A stretch of DNA of 64,000 bases, from the NCBI GenBank assembly GCA_963708025.1, contig CAVPSB010000002.1, positions 128,001 to 192,000 on the forward strand, in the 5' to 3' direction. Positions within the stretch are counted from its first letter, which is position 1. Each line of letters opens with the position of its first letter. Made by a program: the position numbers and the translations under genes. Below, one piece after another: positions 29,923 to 41,934 of this stretch. This stretch comes from an uncultured Candidatus Rokubacteria bacterium. GTDB lineage: Bacteria; Methylomirabilota; Methylomirabilia; Rokubacteriales; DASRDR01. The notes beneath the pieces are model-generated. The model was not told the origin of the DNA, did no database searches, and saw only the letters and a program-made list of their open reading frames with translations.

Positions 29923-30630
29923 ATTTTCGACACCAGCGACGAGAGAGTCGTCCCCGAGACCCGCATCGGATTCTGGTTCCTCGGCACGCACACGTGGGTG
30001 ACCCGCGTCCTCCGGGTCGCCCTCGACGATCTCGATCGCTTGTTCCCGAATCGCCGGGCGAGCTACCCCGTCGTGCTCGACGCCGGATGTGGACAGGGCC
30101 GGTCGTTCAAGCTGCTGTGTGAGCGGTTCGCCCCGGAGCGCATCATCGCGATCGACGCTGAGGAGCGATGCCTGGAGCGGGCCCGCGCGGAGGTGGCGCG
30201 AGAGCGGCTGCCGGTTGACGTTCGCTTCGGCACGCTCGGCACGATCGATCTGCCCGACGACAGCGTGGATCTCCTCTTCTGTCACCAGACGTTCCATCAT
30301 CTGGCGCATCAGGAGCGAGCCTTGCGCGAGTTCTATCGGGTGCTGAAGCCGGGCGGGATCTTTTTGTTCGCGGAGTCGACCCGCGCTTACATCCATTCGT
30401 GGATCATTCGCTTGCTGTTCCGCCATCCGATGGACGCGCAGCGCAGCGCCGACGAGTACATGGCGATGATTCGCGCCCAGGGGTTCGTGTTTCAGCCGGA
30501 GAACACGTCGTTCCCGTACCTGTGGTGGAGCCGCTGGGACCTGGGCGCGCTCGAGTGGCTCGGCTTCCCCCCGCCGAAGCACCGCGAGGAAACGCTGATC
30601 AATCTGGTGGCTCGGAAGCCCACCGGCTGA
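29923..30630 (+). CDS. Class I SAM-dependent methyltransferase; probable ATT start
   Basis: VLDAGCGQG, FCHQTFHH, RVLKPGG; GGGAGG-6nt-ATT with in-frame stop at 29908; N-terminal VPETRIGFWFL..HTW lies upstream of the first GTG. Confidence 0.88.
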   Translation: MFDTSDERVVPETRIGFWFLGTHTWVTRVLRVALDDLDRLFPNRRASYPVVLDAGCGQGRSFKLLCERFAPERIIAIDAEERCLERARAEVARERLPVDVRFGTLGTIDLPDDSVDLLFCHQTFHHLAHQERALREFYRVLKPGGIFLFAESTRAYIHSWIIRLLFRHPMDAQRSADEYMAMIRAQGFVFQPENTSFPYLWWSRWDLGALEWLGFPPPKHREETLINLVARKPTG

Positions 30631-30860
30631 GCAGGCGGCGCCCGTCAGGCCTGGGGGATCCACTCACGGACGGGCCGGCCGCCGCCGCGGCCAGGGGTCA
30701 CTCGGCGCCAGGGCGCCGTTGCCCCTCCGGCCCGAGCACGCTACACTCCGGCCACCTGCCGATCCGCCGACCGGGGGGCTCCGGGCGGCCCGGCAGGCTC
30801 GGGGAGGTCAAGCCGTAGAACGTCACCCGGAACCACGCAGAGCAAAGGGGAGTCACCTCA

Positions 30861-31751
<891 letters not shown>

Positions 31752-31798
31752 TCGGGGGTCGCTCACGCCCGGGGACCGGAGGAAAAACCCGAGCGGAC

Positions 31799-31829
31799 GA
31801 CCGGGCGGCCGGCTACCGGCCGCCCGGTC
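31799..31829. terminator. Perfect hairpin between convergent genes, likely terminator
   Basis: GACCGGGCGGCCGG-CTA-CCGGCCGCCCGGTC 14-bp stem. Confidence 0.55.
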
Positions 31830-31843
31830 CATCATGGGCTCCG

Positions 31844-31985
31844 CTACGGAGCGACCTCGATCTTGGAGATGACCTTCTTGCCGTCCTTCTCCTCGTAGCT
31901 GGCCTTCACCATCGACCCTTCCTTGATCTGAGCGCTCTCCTTGACCGTGGCCGGCACGGTCAGTTGCGTGCCGTCCTCTCGCCAT
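31844..31985 (-). pseudogene. Internally deleted DUF1344-like small OB-fold protein
   Basis: GGAGG SD plus ATG GCG joined out of frame to EDGTQLTVPATVKESAQIKEGSMVKASYEEKDGKKVISKIEVAP*. Confidence 0.6.
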
Positions 31986-32067
31986 GCTCTGATCCTCCCT
32001 GATCCCCTGGTTACTCGACGGATGCGCTCGCTCGGCCTCCAGTAGCCGATGTACGCGGTCTACGCGC

Positions 32068-33057
32068 TCAGGCTGCGGGGTCTCCCCGGACCCCAGGGCG
32101 CGGGCGGCGGCGCGGGCGGCGGGGAGCGGGCCGGCGTCCGTCGAGGGCGGCCTGGACGCGGCTCTGCAGCGTCTCGTCGTGGGGAAACATCCGGAGTGCC
32201 TCGACGGCGGCCTTGGAATCGTCCGCCTCTCCGCGGGCGACCAGCTCGAGCAGGCCGGCGAATGCCTCGTCGTGGCGCGACGTGGCCAGCGCGAGGACGA
32301 TGGCGTGCCGGACGTCGGGCCGGCGCTCGACTGGCAGCCGCCCGCAGAGCGCGGCGATGGCCTCGCGCCGGCGGGCCTCCCCCAGCGCCATGGCCGCGGC
32401 CCGGGCGACGTCAACGTCGCCCGCAGCCAGACGCTCGGCGACGAAGGGCGCCGCGTCGTCGGGAGAGAGCGTGAGCAATCCGACGAACGCCTCGCCGAGG
32501 ACGTCGGGATCGGCGTCACCCCGGAGCGCGAACAACCGCAGGAGGAGGGCGACGTCGGGGCGACCGCTGGCGGCCAGCGCGCGAAGGCCCCCCGCCCGGG
32601 CGGCCGGCTCGGGATCGACGAGCAGGCCGACGCAGGTGGTGAGCGCCGCGGGGTGCTCGGTCAACACCAGCGCCATGGCGCTGGTCGCCCGCAGCTCCGC
32701 CGCCGTGTCAACCGGCGGGCCGAAGGCCGGCTCCCGCTGGACATGGGTGCCCCCGCGCAAGTAGACGTCGGGGGCGGGGTGGGTGAACGACAGCAGGGCG
32801 TGGACGATCTCCGTCTTGGCCGCGCAGCCCGGATCGCGCTGGATCGGATCCTCGAGAAAGCGGGGAAACGCCGCGATCAGGGCGGGGGCCAGCGCGGTGA
32901 GCTGGGCCTCCCGGGTGGCCCGGGCCGCCCGGGCGACCACGTGGTTGCTGCGGTGGGCGAGCGAGTCTCGGACCAGCGCGAGGGTCTGCCCGTCCTGAGG
33001 CCGGCGCGCCGCCTCGGCCAGCGCCTGCAGGGCCTCCCGCACCGGATCGCGCTTCAT
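32068..33057 (-). CDS. HEAT repeat protein
   Basis: ATG 33057; DPGCAAK motif and repeated helical units (DP.P.AR....RAL, DVARAAAMALG). Confidence 0.75.
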   Translation of the reverse strand: MKRDPVREALQALAEAARRPQDGQTLALVRDSLAHRSNHVVARAARATREAQLTALAPALIAAFPRFLEDPIQRDPGCAAKTEIVHALLSFTHPAPDVYLRGGTHVQREPAFGPPVDTAAELRATSAMALVLTEHPAALTTCVGLLVDPEPAARAGGLRALAASGRPDVALLLRLFALRGDADPDVLGEAFVGLLTLSPDDAAPFVAERLAAGDVDVARAAAMALGEARRREAIAALCGRLPVERRPDVRHAIVLALATSRHDEAFAGLLELVARGEADDSKAAVEALRMFPHDETLQSRVQAALDGRRPAPRRPRRRPRPGVRGDPAA

Positions 33058-33269
33058 GAACGAGGGAGAACCCGGCGGAGGCCGGCGAGCGCAGCACGGT
33101 CTTCTCGGCAACGAGGCCAGCCCGACGGCCCGGGCCTGAACCGGGCCTCCGCGCCCCTGACGGTGGTGCGCATGCGTGCACCCTAGCATGCGGCGCAACG
33201 CGATCGCGCCGCCAGGTCTTCGGCCCGCCGGGGTATGATAGCGGCACCCCACCTTGAGAGGAGTGACCC

Positions 33270-35354
<2,085 letters not shown>

Positions 35355-35468
35355 CCCCGCCGGGGGCGCCGGCCGGGCCCCCGGGCGCCGCCTGACCGGT
35401 GCGACGACCACCCGGGTAGAACCCCCGTCAGGGTGTTGTAACTCATGGGCGCCGGGTCCGGTCGGACT

Positions 35469-35489
35469 CTGTCAGGGTTTTCCTGACAG
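35469..35489. promoter_or_regulatory. Inverted-repeat operator candidate
   Basis: CTGTCAGG-GTTTT-CCTGACAG, perfect 8-bp arms in an AT-richer intergenic patch. Confidence 0.45.
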
Positions 35490-35517
35490 CGGACGGCGCG
35501 GTAGACTCACGGCCTGA

Positions 35518-35796
35518 AGCGATCCCGGCGGGTTCGTGTTCGATCAGGAGATGATGGTCGCGGCCCGGATCCTCGGCCTGCGCATCGTTGACCTGCCGAT
35601 TCCCACGCGATACGCCGGGGAGGTGTCGCACCTCAGGCCGATTCCGTACGGCATCGCGGTGCTCAGGCTGATGGCCCGGTACCTGCGGGGCGACTATCAC
35701 CGGCTGATCGCCGGCCAGGGTCCGGCCGCGACAGGACCCGCGCCCTCACCCGGCTTCGTGACTGATCAGGCTAGGACAGGCTGTCGCCGTAGGTGA
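35518..35796 (+). pseudogene. Glycosyltransferase family 2 (DPM1-like) C-terminal remnant
   Basis: FVFDQEM...GLRI..LPIPTRY..E.S....YG..VL pattern; in-frame stop at 35515 and no N-terminal domain. Confidence 0.65.
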
Positions 35797-36601
35797 CGAC
35801 GCCCATTCCGGTCACCCAGGGCGCGATGGGCTCGTAGGCCAGGACGCGGGCGGCCTTCCCGGGCACGGCGCCGGCGACGGTGAGCCAGCTCCGGATCTCG
35901 TGGGCGCCGTTGCCGGCGCGCTCCAGCTCGGCGTCGCTGAGGGCCAGCACCTCCTCGACGCGTCCCGCGGCCAGCCGGTCGAGGAACCAGCGGTCGAAGT
36001 CGGCGTCGATCCGGCCCATGCCCGGCATGCCGACCCAGTGGGACAGGCCCCCGGCGCCGATCAGGGCGATGCGGGCGGGGCTCGGCCACGCCTCGATGGC
36101 GCGGCGGAGCGCGCCGCCGAGCCGGTAGCAGCGGCCGAGCGACGGCATGGGCGCCACCCCGCAGTTCTGGACGATGGGCACCACCGGGACCCGCCAGCCG
36201 GGGCTCAGGAAATGGAGCACGGTCATGATGCCGTGGTCGAGGCACAGGTCCTCGGAGAAGGCCGGGTCGAACTCCTCGGCGTACGCCCGCTCGACCAGCC
36301 AGCGGCCCAGCGCCGGGTGGCCGGGGAGCCGGCCGCGGGGGATCCGGATCCAGTCCTCGGCGGGGCCCACGTGCTGCTCGCCGACGCCGATGCAGAAGGG
36401 CGGGAAGTTGTCGAGGAAGAAGTTGGTGAAATGCTCGTTGGAGCAGATGATCAGGGCGTCGGGCCGGGCGCGCTCGAGCTCCTGCCGGAGCGCGGCCATG
36501 CCGGCGTAGACCCGCTCCCGCTGGCCGGGGTCGGCGCTCTCGGGGGCGGCGGTGATCAGGGGCGCGTGGGAGGCCGCGACCGCCGCGACCAGCTCAGCCA
36601 C
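35771..36601 (-). CDS. Class III extradiol dioxygenase beta subunit (LigB/MhpB-like)
   Basis: SHAP, NEHFTNF, LDHG, GGLSH, FDRWFL, EIRSW. Confidence 0.88.
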   Translation of the reverse strand: MAELVAAVAASHAPLITAAPESADPGQRERVYAGMAALRQELERARPDALIICSNEHFTNFFLDNFPPFCIGVGEQHVGPAEDWIRIPRGRLPGHPALGRWLVERAYAEEFDPAFSEDLCLDHGIMTVLHFLSPGWRVPVVPIVQNCGVAPMPSLGRCYRLGGALRRAIEAWPSPARIALIGAGGLSHWVGMPGMGRIDADFDRWFLDRLAAGRVEEVLALSDAELERAGNGAHEIRSWLTVAGAVPGKAARVLAYEPIAPWVTGMGVVTYGDSLS

Positions 36602-36863
36602 GGCCGGCCTCCCGCTCCAGCTCGGCCAGCGCGGCCCGGTAGCGCTCGCGCGGCACGTGGGCCCGGCAGTAGCCGTTGAGGAGCACGGGGTGGACGCCCA
36701 GCCGGTAGAGCGCGGCCACGTCGCCCTCGAGGATCGCCCGCAGCTCCGCCTCGCTCAGCTCGTAGCGGGCCCGGAGCTCGTTGGGGTCGAGCGCCGGGGC
36801 GCCGGGCCGGCCCCGCGGGTTGAGGTAGTCGTAGATGGCGCGCTGGAGAGCGTAGGCGCTCAC
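36594..36863 (-). CDS. LigA-like small alpha subunit
   Basis: YELSEAE..AI..GD...LY.LGVHPVLL; overlaps LigB-like start. Confidence 0.75.
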   Translation of the reverse strand: MSAYALQRAIYDYLNPRGRPGAPALDPNELRARYELSEAELRAILEGDVAALYRLGVHPVLLNGYCRAHVPRERYRAALAELEREAGRG

Positions 36864-36898
36864 GGGGCCGGCCTATCCCCGGCCGGAACCGTACGGCG

Positions 36899-36952
36899 TT
36901 GACAGACCGCTACTCACGCGCTTAATTAGAGCGGTCGGACCGGCAGTGTCAA
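36899..36952. promoter_or_regulatory. Symmetric bidirectional promoter candidate
   Basis: TTGACA (+, 36899) and TTGACA (-, 36952) each 18 nt from the shared palindrome TAATTA at 36923-36928. Confidence 0.5.
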
Positions 36953-37011
36953 GCCTCTTCTGCTGCGGCCATTCACCACGTCCCGGACGGAAGTCCAGGG
37001 AGGAGGACGCG

Positions 37012-38217
37012 ATGCGACGACGGGGGGGTTTCGCGGCTGTCATCGTCCTGCTGCTCGCGGTCGGGCTCGGCGCCTGGCCGGCGGTGGCGGCCGCCCAGAC
37101 CATCAAGGTCGGGGCGGTGGTGCCGCTGACCGGGCGGTACGCGGCGCTGGGGGCCCAGGTGCGGCCCGGCTACGAGATCGCGATCGAGGACATCAACAAG
37201 GACGGCGGGGTGACCGTCGCCGGCAAGAAGATGCCGATCGAGCTGATCTTGCTGGACGACGAGTCCGACGCGACCAAGACCGTCGCCCGCCTCGAGACGC
37301 TGGCTGCGCAAGGCGTCGTGGCCTACCTGGGGGGGGCCGGCTCCGATCTCCACGCGGCGGCCGCCTCGGTGGCCGAGAAGAACAAGGTCCCCTATCTCGG
37401 GATCGCCTTCGCCCTCAACAAGATCCACCAGCAGGGCTTCCGCTATCTCTTCTCGCCGTTCTGGAAGTCCCCCGACATCGGCCAGCAGCTCGCCCCGCTC
37501 CTCTCCTCGATCCCCGCCGCCGAGCGGCCGAAGCGGGCGGCCATCTTCCAGGAGAAGACGGACTGGGGCCGGGAGATGGCCGCCGCCTATGCCGACGCCG
37601 GCAAGGCGGCGGGCTTCGAGGTGGTGGTGCAGGGCGAGTACGCGCCGGGCGCCAAGGACTACTCGGACCTGATCCTCAAGGCCAAGGCGGCTCAGGTCGA
37701 CTCGGTCTATGGCCTCCCGACACCGCCCGACGGGATGGCGATGATCAAGCAGATGAAGGAGCTGGACTTCAACCCGAAGCTGGCGCTCCTGATCCGGGCG
37801 CCGGACGGTCCGGTGTGGGTCCAGAACCTGGGCAAGGACGGCGACTACGTGATGCTGGCGCCGGGCTGGCACAACGGGGTGAAGTACCCCGGGGTCGCCG
37901 AGCTCAACGCCGCGTACACCAAGCGCGTGGGCCGGCCGGCCGACCCCCTGACCGGCCCGAGCTACGCCTGCGTGCAGATCCTGGCGGCGGCCCTCACCAA
38001 GGCCGGCGCCGCCGACCGGGAGAAGGTGCGCGACGCCATCGCCGCCACCGACCTGACCGGCACGGTGATCGGGCCGGTCAAGTTCCGGCCGGACGGGACC
38101 GGGATCGTCCAGTCGGTCTTCATCCAGTGGCAGAACGGCAAGCAGGAGCTGGTCTGGCCCAAGGAGTTCGCGACGAAGCCGCTGGCCTACCCAGCACCAC
38201 CGTTCTCCAAGCGCTAG
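37012..38217 (+). CDS. Liv-type (HAAT) ABC substrate-binding protein
   Basis: GGAGGA SD; signal peptide, IKVGAVVPLTGRYA, DDESD, QWQNGK..LVWP. Confidence 0.92.
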   Translation: MRRRGGFAAVIVLLLAVGLGAWPAVAAAQTIKVGAVVPLTGRYAALGAQVRPGYEIAIEDINKDGGVTVAGKKMPIELILLDDESDATKTVARLETLAAQGVVAYLGGAGSDLHAAAASVAEKNKVPYLGIAFALNKIHQQGFRYLFSPFWKSPDIGQQLAPLLSSIPAAERPKRAAIFQEKTDWGREMAAAYADAGKAAGFEVVVQGEYAPGAKDYSDLILKAKAAQVDSVYGLPTPPDGMAMIKQMKELDFNPKLALLIRAPDGPVWVQNLGKDGDYVMLAPGWHNGVKYPGVAELNAAYTKRVGRPADPLTGPSYACVQILAAALTKAGAADREKVRDAIAATDLTGTVIGPVKFRPDGTGIVQSVFIQWQNGKQELVWPKEFATKPLAYPAPPFSKR

Positions 38218-38220
38218 AGC

Positions 38221-38399
38221 CTCGGGGGCGGTCTCGGAAGGCCTCGGCCTGCGGATGTCGCCGCCGCGTACTCGGAGGCCGCGGCGAAGCCGCGGCTCGG
38301 AGCGGCACGCCAGGGCCGCGAGCCTCGAGCCGCCCGGGAGGTTGCGCGCAGCCGATGGGCGGCGGAGCTAAGCACCAGGGTCTGCCGAGACCCCCCGAG
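38221..38399. repeat. Long palindromic repeat, family C
   Basis: Arms CTCGGGGGCGGTCTCGG / CCGAGACCCCCCGAG; internal GGAGGCCGCGGCGAAGCCGCGGCTCG shared in reverse with 58424-58456. Confidence 0.7.
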
Positions 38400-38437
38400 A
38401 CCAGGAGCCGAGGGATTGCGAGAAGCTACGGGGACCG

Positions 38438-39208
38438 TTGCTGACGGGCGCTGAGCCGCCGCCGCTCCTCAGCCTGGAAGGCGTTTCCAAGGCCTTCGCT
38501 GGGGTCCGGGCGGTCTGGGACGTCAGCCTCGAGGTGCCGGCCGGGGCCGTCCTCGGCGTGATGGGGCCGAACGGCTCCGGCAAGACCACCCTCTTCAACC
38601 TGATCAGCGGCGCCATCCGGCCCGACCGGGGCCGGATCCGCATCCGGGGCGCGGAGATCACCGGCCTCCCGCCGCACCGGGTGTGCGCCCACGGGATCGC
38701 CCGGACGTTCCAGCACGTCCGTCCCTTTCCCGGCCTCTCGGCGCTCGACAACGTTCTCGTCGGGCAGCTGTACGGCCGCCGGCGGGGGCGCGACGCCGCG
38801 GCGGGCGAGGCCGAGCGCCTCCTGGCCCTGGTGGGGCTGGCCGGCAAGGCCGACGTCCCGTGCGCGCGGCTGAGCCTGCTGGAGCGGCGGCGCCTCGAGC
38901 TGGCCCGAGCCCTCGCCACCGGCCCCGAGCTCCTCCTGCTCGACGAGTTCATGGCCGGCCTGACCCCGAGCGAGACCGCGGAGGCGATGGCCGTGATCCG
39001 GCGGGTCCACGACGCGGGCGTGACCCTCGTGATCGTGGAGCACATCGTCTGGGCGCTCCTCGACCTCTCGGACCGCATCCTCGTGCTGAGCGCCGGCGAG
39101 AAGATCGCCGACGGGCCGCCGGCCGCCGTGGCGGCCGACCCGGCGGTCGTGGACGCGTATCTCGGCAGCTGGGGCAGCTCGGAGAGCGGACCGCGTGCTC
39201 GAGGTTGA
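38438..39208 (+). CDS. Liv-type ABC ATP-binding protein (LivG-like)
   Basis: GPNGSGKTT, GIARTFQ, LELARALA, LLLDE, VEH. Confidence 0.92.
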   Translation: MLTGAEPPPLLSLEGVSKAFAGVRAVWDVSLEVPAGAVLGVMGPNGSGKTTLFNLISGAIRPDRGRIRIRGAEITGLPPHRVCAHGIARTFQHVRPFPGLSALDNVLVGQLYGRRRGRDAAAGEAERLLALVGLAGKADVPCARLSLLERRRLELARALATGPELLLLDEFMAGLTPSETAEAMAVIRRVHDAGVTLVIVEHIVWALLDLSDRILVLSAGEKIADGPPAAVAADPAVVDAYLGSWGSSESGPRARG

Positions 39209-39914
39209 AGGGCTCGACGTGACCTATGGCGAGCTACGCGCCCTCTCCGGCGTCTCGGTCCGCGTCGGCCCCGGCGAGATCGTCGCCCTCGTCGGCTCGA
39301 ACGGCGCCGGCAAGACGACCCTCCTCCGCGCGATCGCGGGGCTGGTGCGCCCGCGGGCCGGCCGGACCCGGTGGGAGGGCGACGACGTCACGGGCCGGAT
39401 GGCCCACTGGCTGGTCGAGCGGGGCATCGCGATGGTGCCCGAGGGCCGGCGGCTCTTCGGGCGGATGACCGTGGAGGAGAACCTCGGGCTCGGCGCCTTC
39501 ACGGCCCGCGCCCGGGCGGAGCGCGAGGCGACCCTGGAGGCGGTGTACGGCACGTTCCCGCGCCTCCGGGAGCGGCACCGGCAGCGCGCCGGCTCGCTCT
39601 CGGGCGGCGAGCAGCAGATGGTGGCGATCGGTCGCGCGCTCATGACCCGGCCGCGACTCCTGATGCTGGACGAGCCCTCGCTCGGCCTGGCCCCCCGGAT
39701 GGTCGAGGCGATCTTCGGCGTGTTCGGCGAGATCAACCGCGCCGGCGTCGCGGTCTTCCTGGTGGAGCAGAACGTCCGGGCGGCGCTGGCCCTCGCCCAC
39801 CGCGCCTACCTCCTCGAGCACGGCCGGATCGTGGGCGAAGGGCCGGCGGCGGCGCTCCTCGACGATCCCCAGGTGCGCCGGGCGTACCTGGGGCCCCTCG
39901 CGGTGGCCCGGTGA
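39195..39914 (+). CDS. Liv-type ABC ATP-binding protein (LivF-like)
   Basis: GSNGAGKTT, VPEGRRLF, LSGGEQQM, DEPSLGLAP, VEQN. Confidence 0.93.
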   Translation: MLEVEGLDVTYGELRALSGVSVRVGPGEIVALVGSNGAGKTTLLRAIAGLVRPRAGRTRWEGDDVTGRMAHWLVERGIAMVPEGRRLFGRMTVEENLGLGAFTARARAEREATLEAVYGTFPRLRERHRQRAGSLSGGEQQMVAIGRALMTRPRLLMLDEPSLGLAPRMVEAIFGVFGEINRAGVAVFLVEQNVRAALALAHRAYLLEHGRIVGEGPAAALLDDPQVRRAYLGPLAVAR

Positions 39915-40783
39915 GGATCCTCCTCCAGCAGCTCATCCTCGGGCTCCTGCTGGGCGGCCTCTACGGCCTGGCGGCCGCCGGACTGTCCCTGATCTTCGGC
40001 GTCCTGAAGGTCCTCAACGTCGCCCACGGCGAGCTGATCATGCTCGGCGGCTACGCGGCCTACTGGCTGGCGGCCGGCCTGGGGTTCGACCCGTTCGTCG
40101 CCCTCCTGGGCGTGATCCCGATGATGGCCGCCCTCGGCCTCGCGCTCTATGCGGGTCTCTTCGCGTTCGTGGTCCGCTTCGACGAGGAGACGCGGATCAA
40201 GAACTCGCTGCTGGTCGGCTTCGGGCTGGCGCTGGCGCTGCACGCTCTCGCCGTCCGGCTCTGGACCGCCGACGAGCGCGCGATCCCGACCACCTACGGG
40301 GGCCAGCCGATCGTGGTGGGCGGGCTCGTCATCCCGCTGGCCCGCCTGGCCAGCGTGGCGATTGCCCTCCTGCTGATCGGGCTCACGCACCTGTTCCTCG
40401 TCCGGACGCGCTGGGGTCACGCCATCCGGGCGGCGGCCGAGGACTGGGAGGCGGCGTGTCTGCAGGGGATCGACGTGCGCCGCGCGTACCTGCTGGCGTT
40501 CGCGCTGGGGACGGCCCTGGCCGGCGCCGCCGGCTGTCTGGTCGCGGTGGGCTACTCGATCAGCCCCGCCATCGGGTTCGAGTGGACCTTCAAGGCTCTC
40601 ATCGTGGTCGTGCTGGCCGGGCTCGGCTCCCTGTTCGGGACCTTCGTGGGGGGCCTCGTCCTCGGCGTGGCGGAGGCGGCCAGCGCGATGACGTTCGGCG
40701 GGCCGTACCGCGAGGTCGTGGGGCTCCTGCTCTTCTTCTGCGTGCTGATAGCCCGGCCGCAGGGCCTCTTCAACCGTGGATGA
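39911..40783 (+). CDS. Liv-type ABC permease (LivH-like)
   Basis: GLSLIFGVLKVLNVAHGE, G.AIRA, RPQGLF. Confidence 0.92.
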   Translation: MRILLQQLILGLLLGGLYGLAAAGLSLIFGVLKVLNVAHGELIMLGGYAAYWLAAGLGFDPFVALLGVIPMMAALGLALYAGLFAFVVRFDEETRIKNSLLVGFGLALALHALAVRLWTADERAIPTTYGGQPIVVGGLVIPLARLASVAIALLLIGLTHLFLVRTRWGHAIRAAAEDWEAACLQGIDVRRAYLLAFALGTALAGAAGCLVAVGYSISPAIGFEWTFKALIVVVLAGLGSLFGTFVGGLVLGVAEAASAMTFGGPYREVVGLLLFFCVLIARPQGLFNRG

Positions 40784-40850
40784 ACGGCCCGGGGCGGGGC
40801 CCGGGGCCGTGCCGGGCCGGCGCTGCGGTGTCTGACCGCAGGCGGGGAGA

Positions 40851-41807
40851 GTGAGGGCGAGGCGGAGGGTCGATCTGCGGGCGCCGGCTGCCACCGTGGT
40901 CGGGCTGGCCGCCCTGGGCGTGGTGCCGCTCCTCGTCCGGCGGGAGGACGTGCTGAACGTCGGGGTCGTCTTCCTCCTCTCGGTGGCGCTCGCCCAGAGC
41001 TGGAACATCGTGGCGGGGCTCGCCGGCCAGGTCAACCTCGGTCACGCCGCCTTCTTCGGCCTGGGCGCCCTCGTCGCCCGCACCCTGTGGGTGGCGGGGA
41101 CGCCCATCGCGCTCGCGATGGCGGCCGGGGCGGCGGTGGCGATCGCGGCCGGCGTCGCGGTCGGGCTGGTGGCCTTCCGGCTGCGCGGCGCCTACTTCGC
41201 GATCGGCACCCTGGCCCTGGCCGAGATCCTCCGCGTGAGCGTCGGCAACGTGCTGCCCGAGATCTCGACGCTGCCGGCGGCGACGATCGCCGGCTACCGG
41301 CTGACCGCCCGCTACTACGTGGCGCTGGCCCTCGCGCTCGGCTCGGTCCTGGTGGTGACGGCGCTCGTCGCCTCGCGGCTCGGCCTCGGCATGCAGGCCG
41401 TGCGCGAGGACGAGGCGGCGGCCGAGGCCTCCGGGGTCGGCGCGCTCGCGGTGAAGCTCCGCGCCGTCGCCCTCTCCACCGGGCTGGCCGGGCTGGCCGG
41501 CGGGGTCTTCGCCTACTACCACATCAGCTACTACCCCCAGCACGCCTTCAACCCGGCGTGGACGTTCGACGCGCTGCTGATCACCTTCATCGGCGGCGTG
41601 GGGACGGTCCACGGGCCCGTGCTCGGCGCCCTCTTCTACGTGCTGGTGAAGGAGTACCTGGCGGTGCGCTGGGTCGATTTCCACCTGCTCATCTTCGGCC
41701 TGCTCTTCATCGCCATCGTCCTGCTCCTGCCCGGCGGGATCGTGGAGGCCGCCGCCCGCCTGCGCCGGCTGAGACGGCCGGTCGCCTCCGCCGGGCCTCT
41801 GCCTTGA
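40851..41807 (+). CDS. Liv-type ABC permease (LivM-like)
   Basis: SWNIVAGLAGQVNLGHAAFFGLG, LRGAYFAI, AVREDE.AA, GGVGT..GP. Confidence 0.92.
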   Translation: MRARRRVDLRAPAATVVGLAALGVVPLLVRREDVLNVGVVFLLSVALAQSWNIVAGLAGQVNLGHAAFFGLGALVARTLWVAGTPIALAMAAGAAVAIAAGVAVGLVAFRLRGAYFAIGTLALAEILRVSVGNVLPEISTLPAATIAGYRLTARYYVALALALGSVLVVTALVASRLGLGMQAVREDEAAAEASGVGALAVKLRAVALSTGLAGLAGGVFAYYHISYYPQHAFNPAWTFDALLITFIGGVGTVHGPVLGALFYVLVKEYLAVRWVDFHLLIFGLLFIAIVLLLPGGIVEAAARLRRLRRPVASAGPLP

Positions 41808-41934
41808 CGCACCATCGCGAGGTCCACGTTCGGAACGGATGGTGAGCGGACCACGGGCGAGGCCGCCCGGTCCGTGGGGAGTATGGTAGGGTAAGGTTTC
41901 CATCGAGAAAAGGACCGTGGCCACGGAGGCGCGC

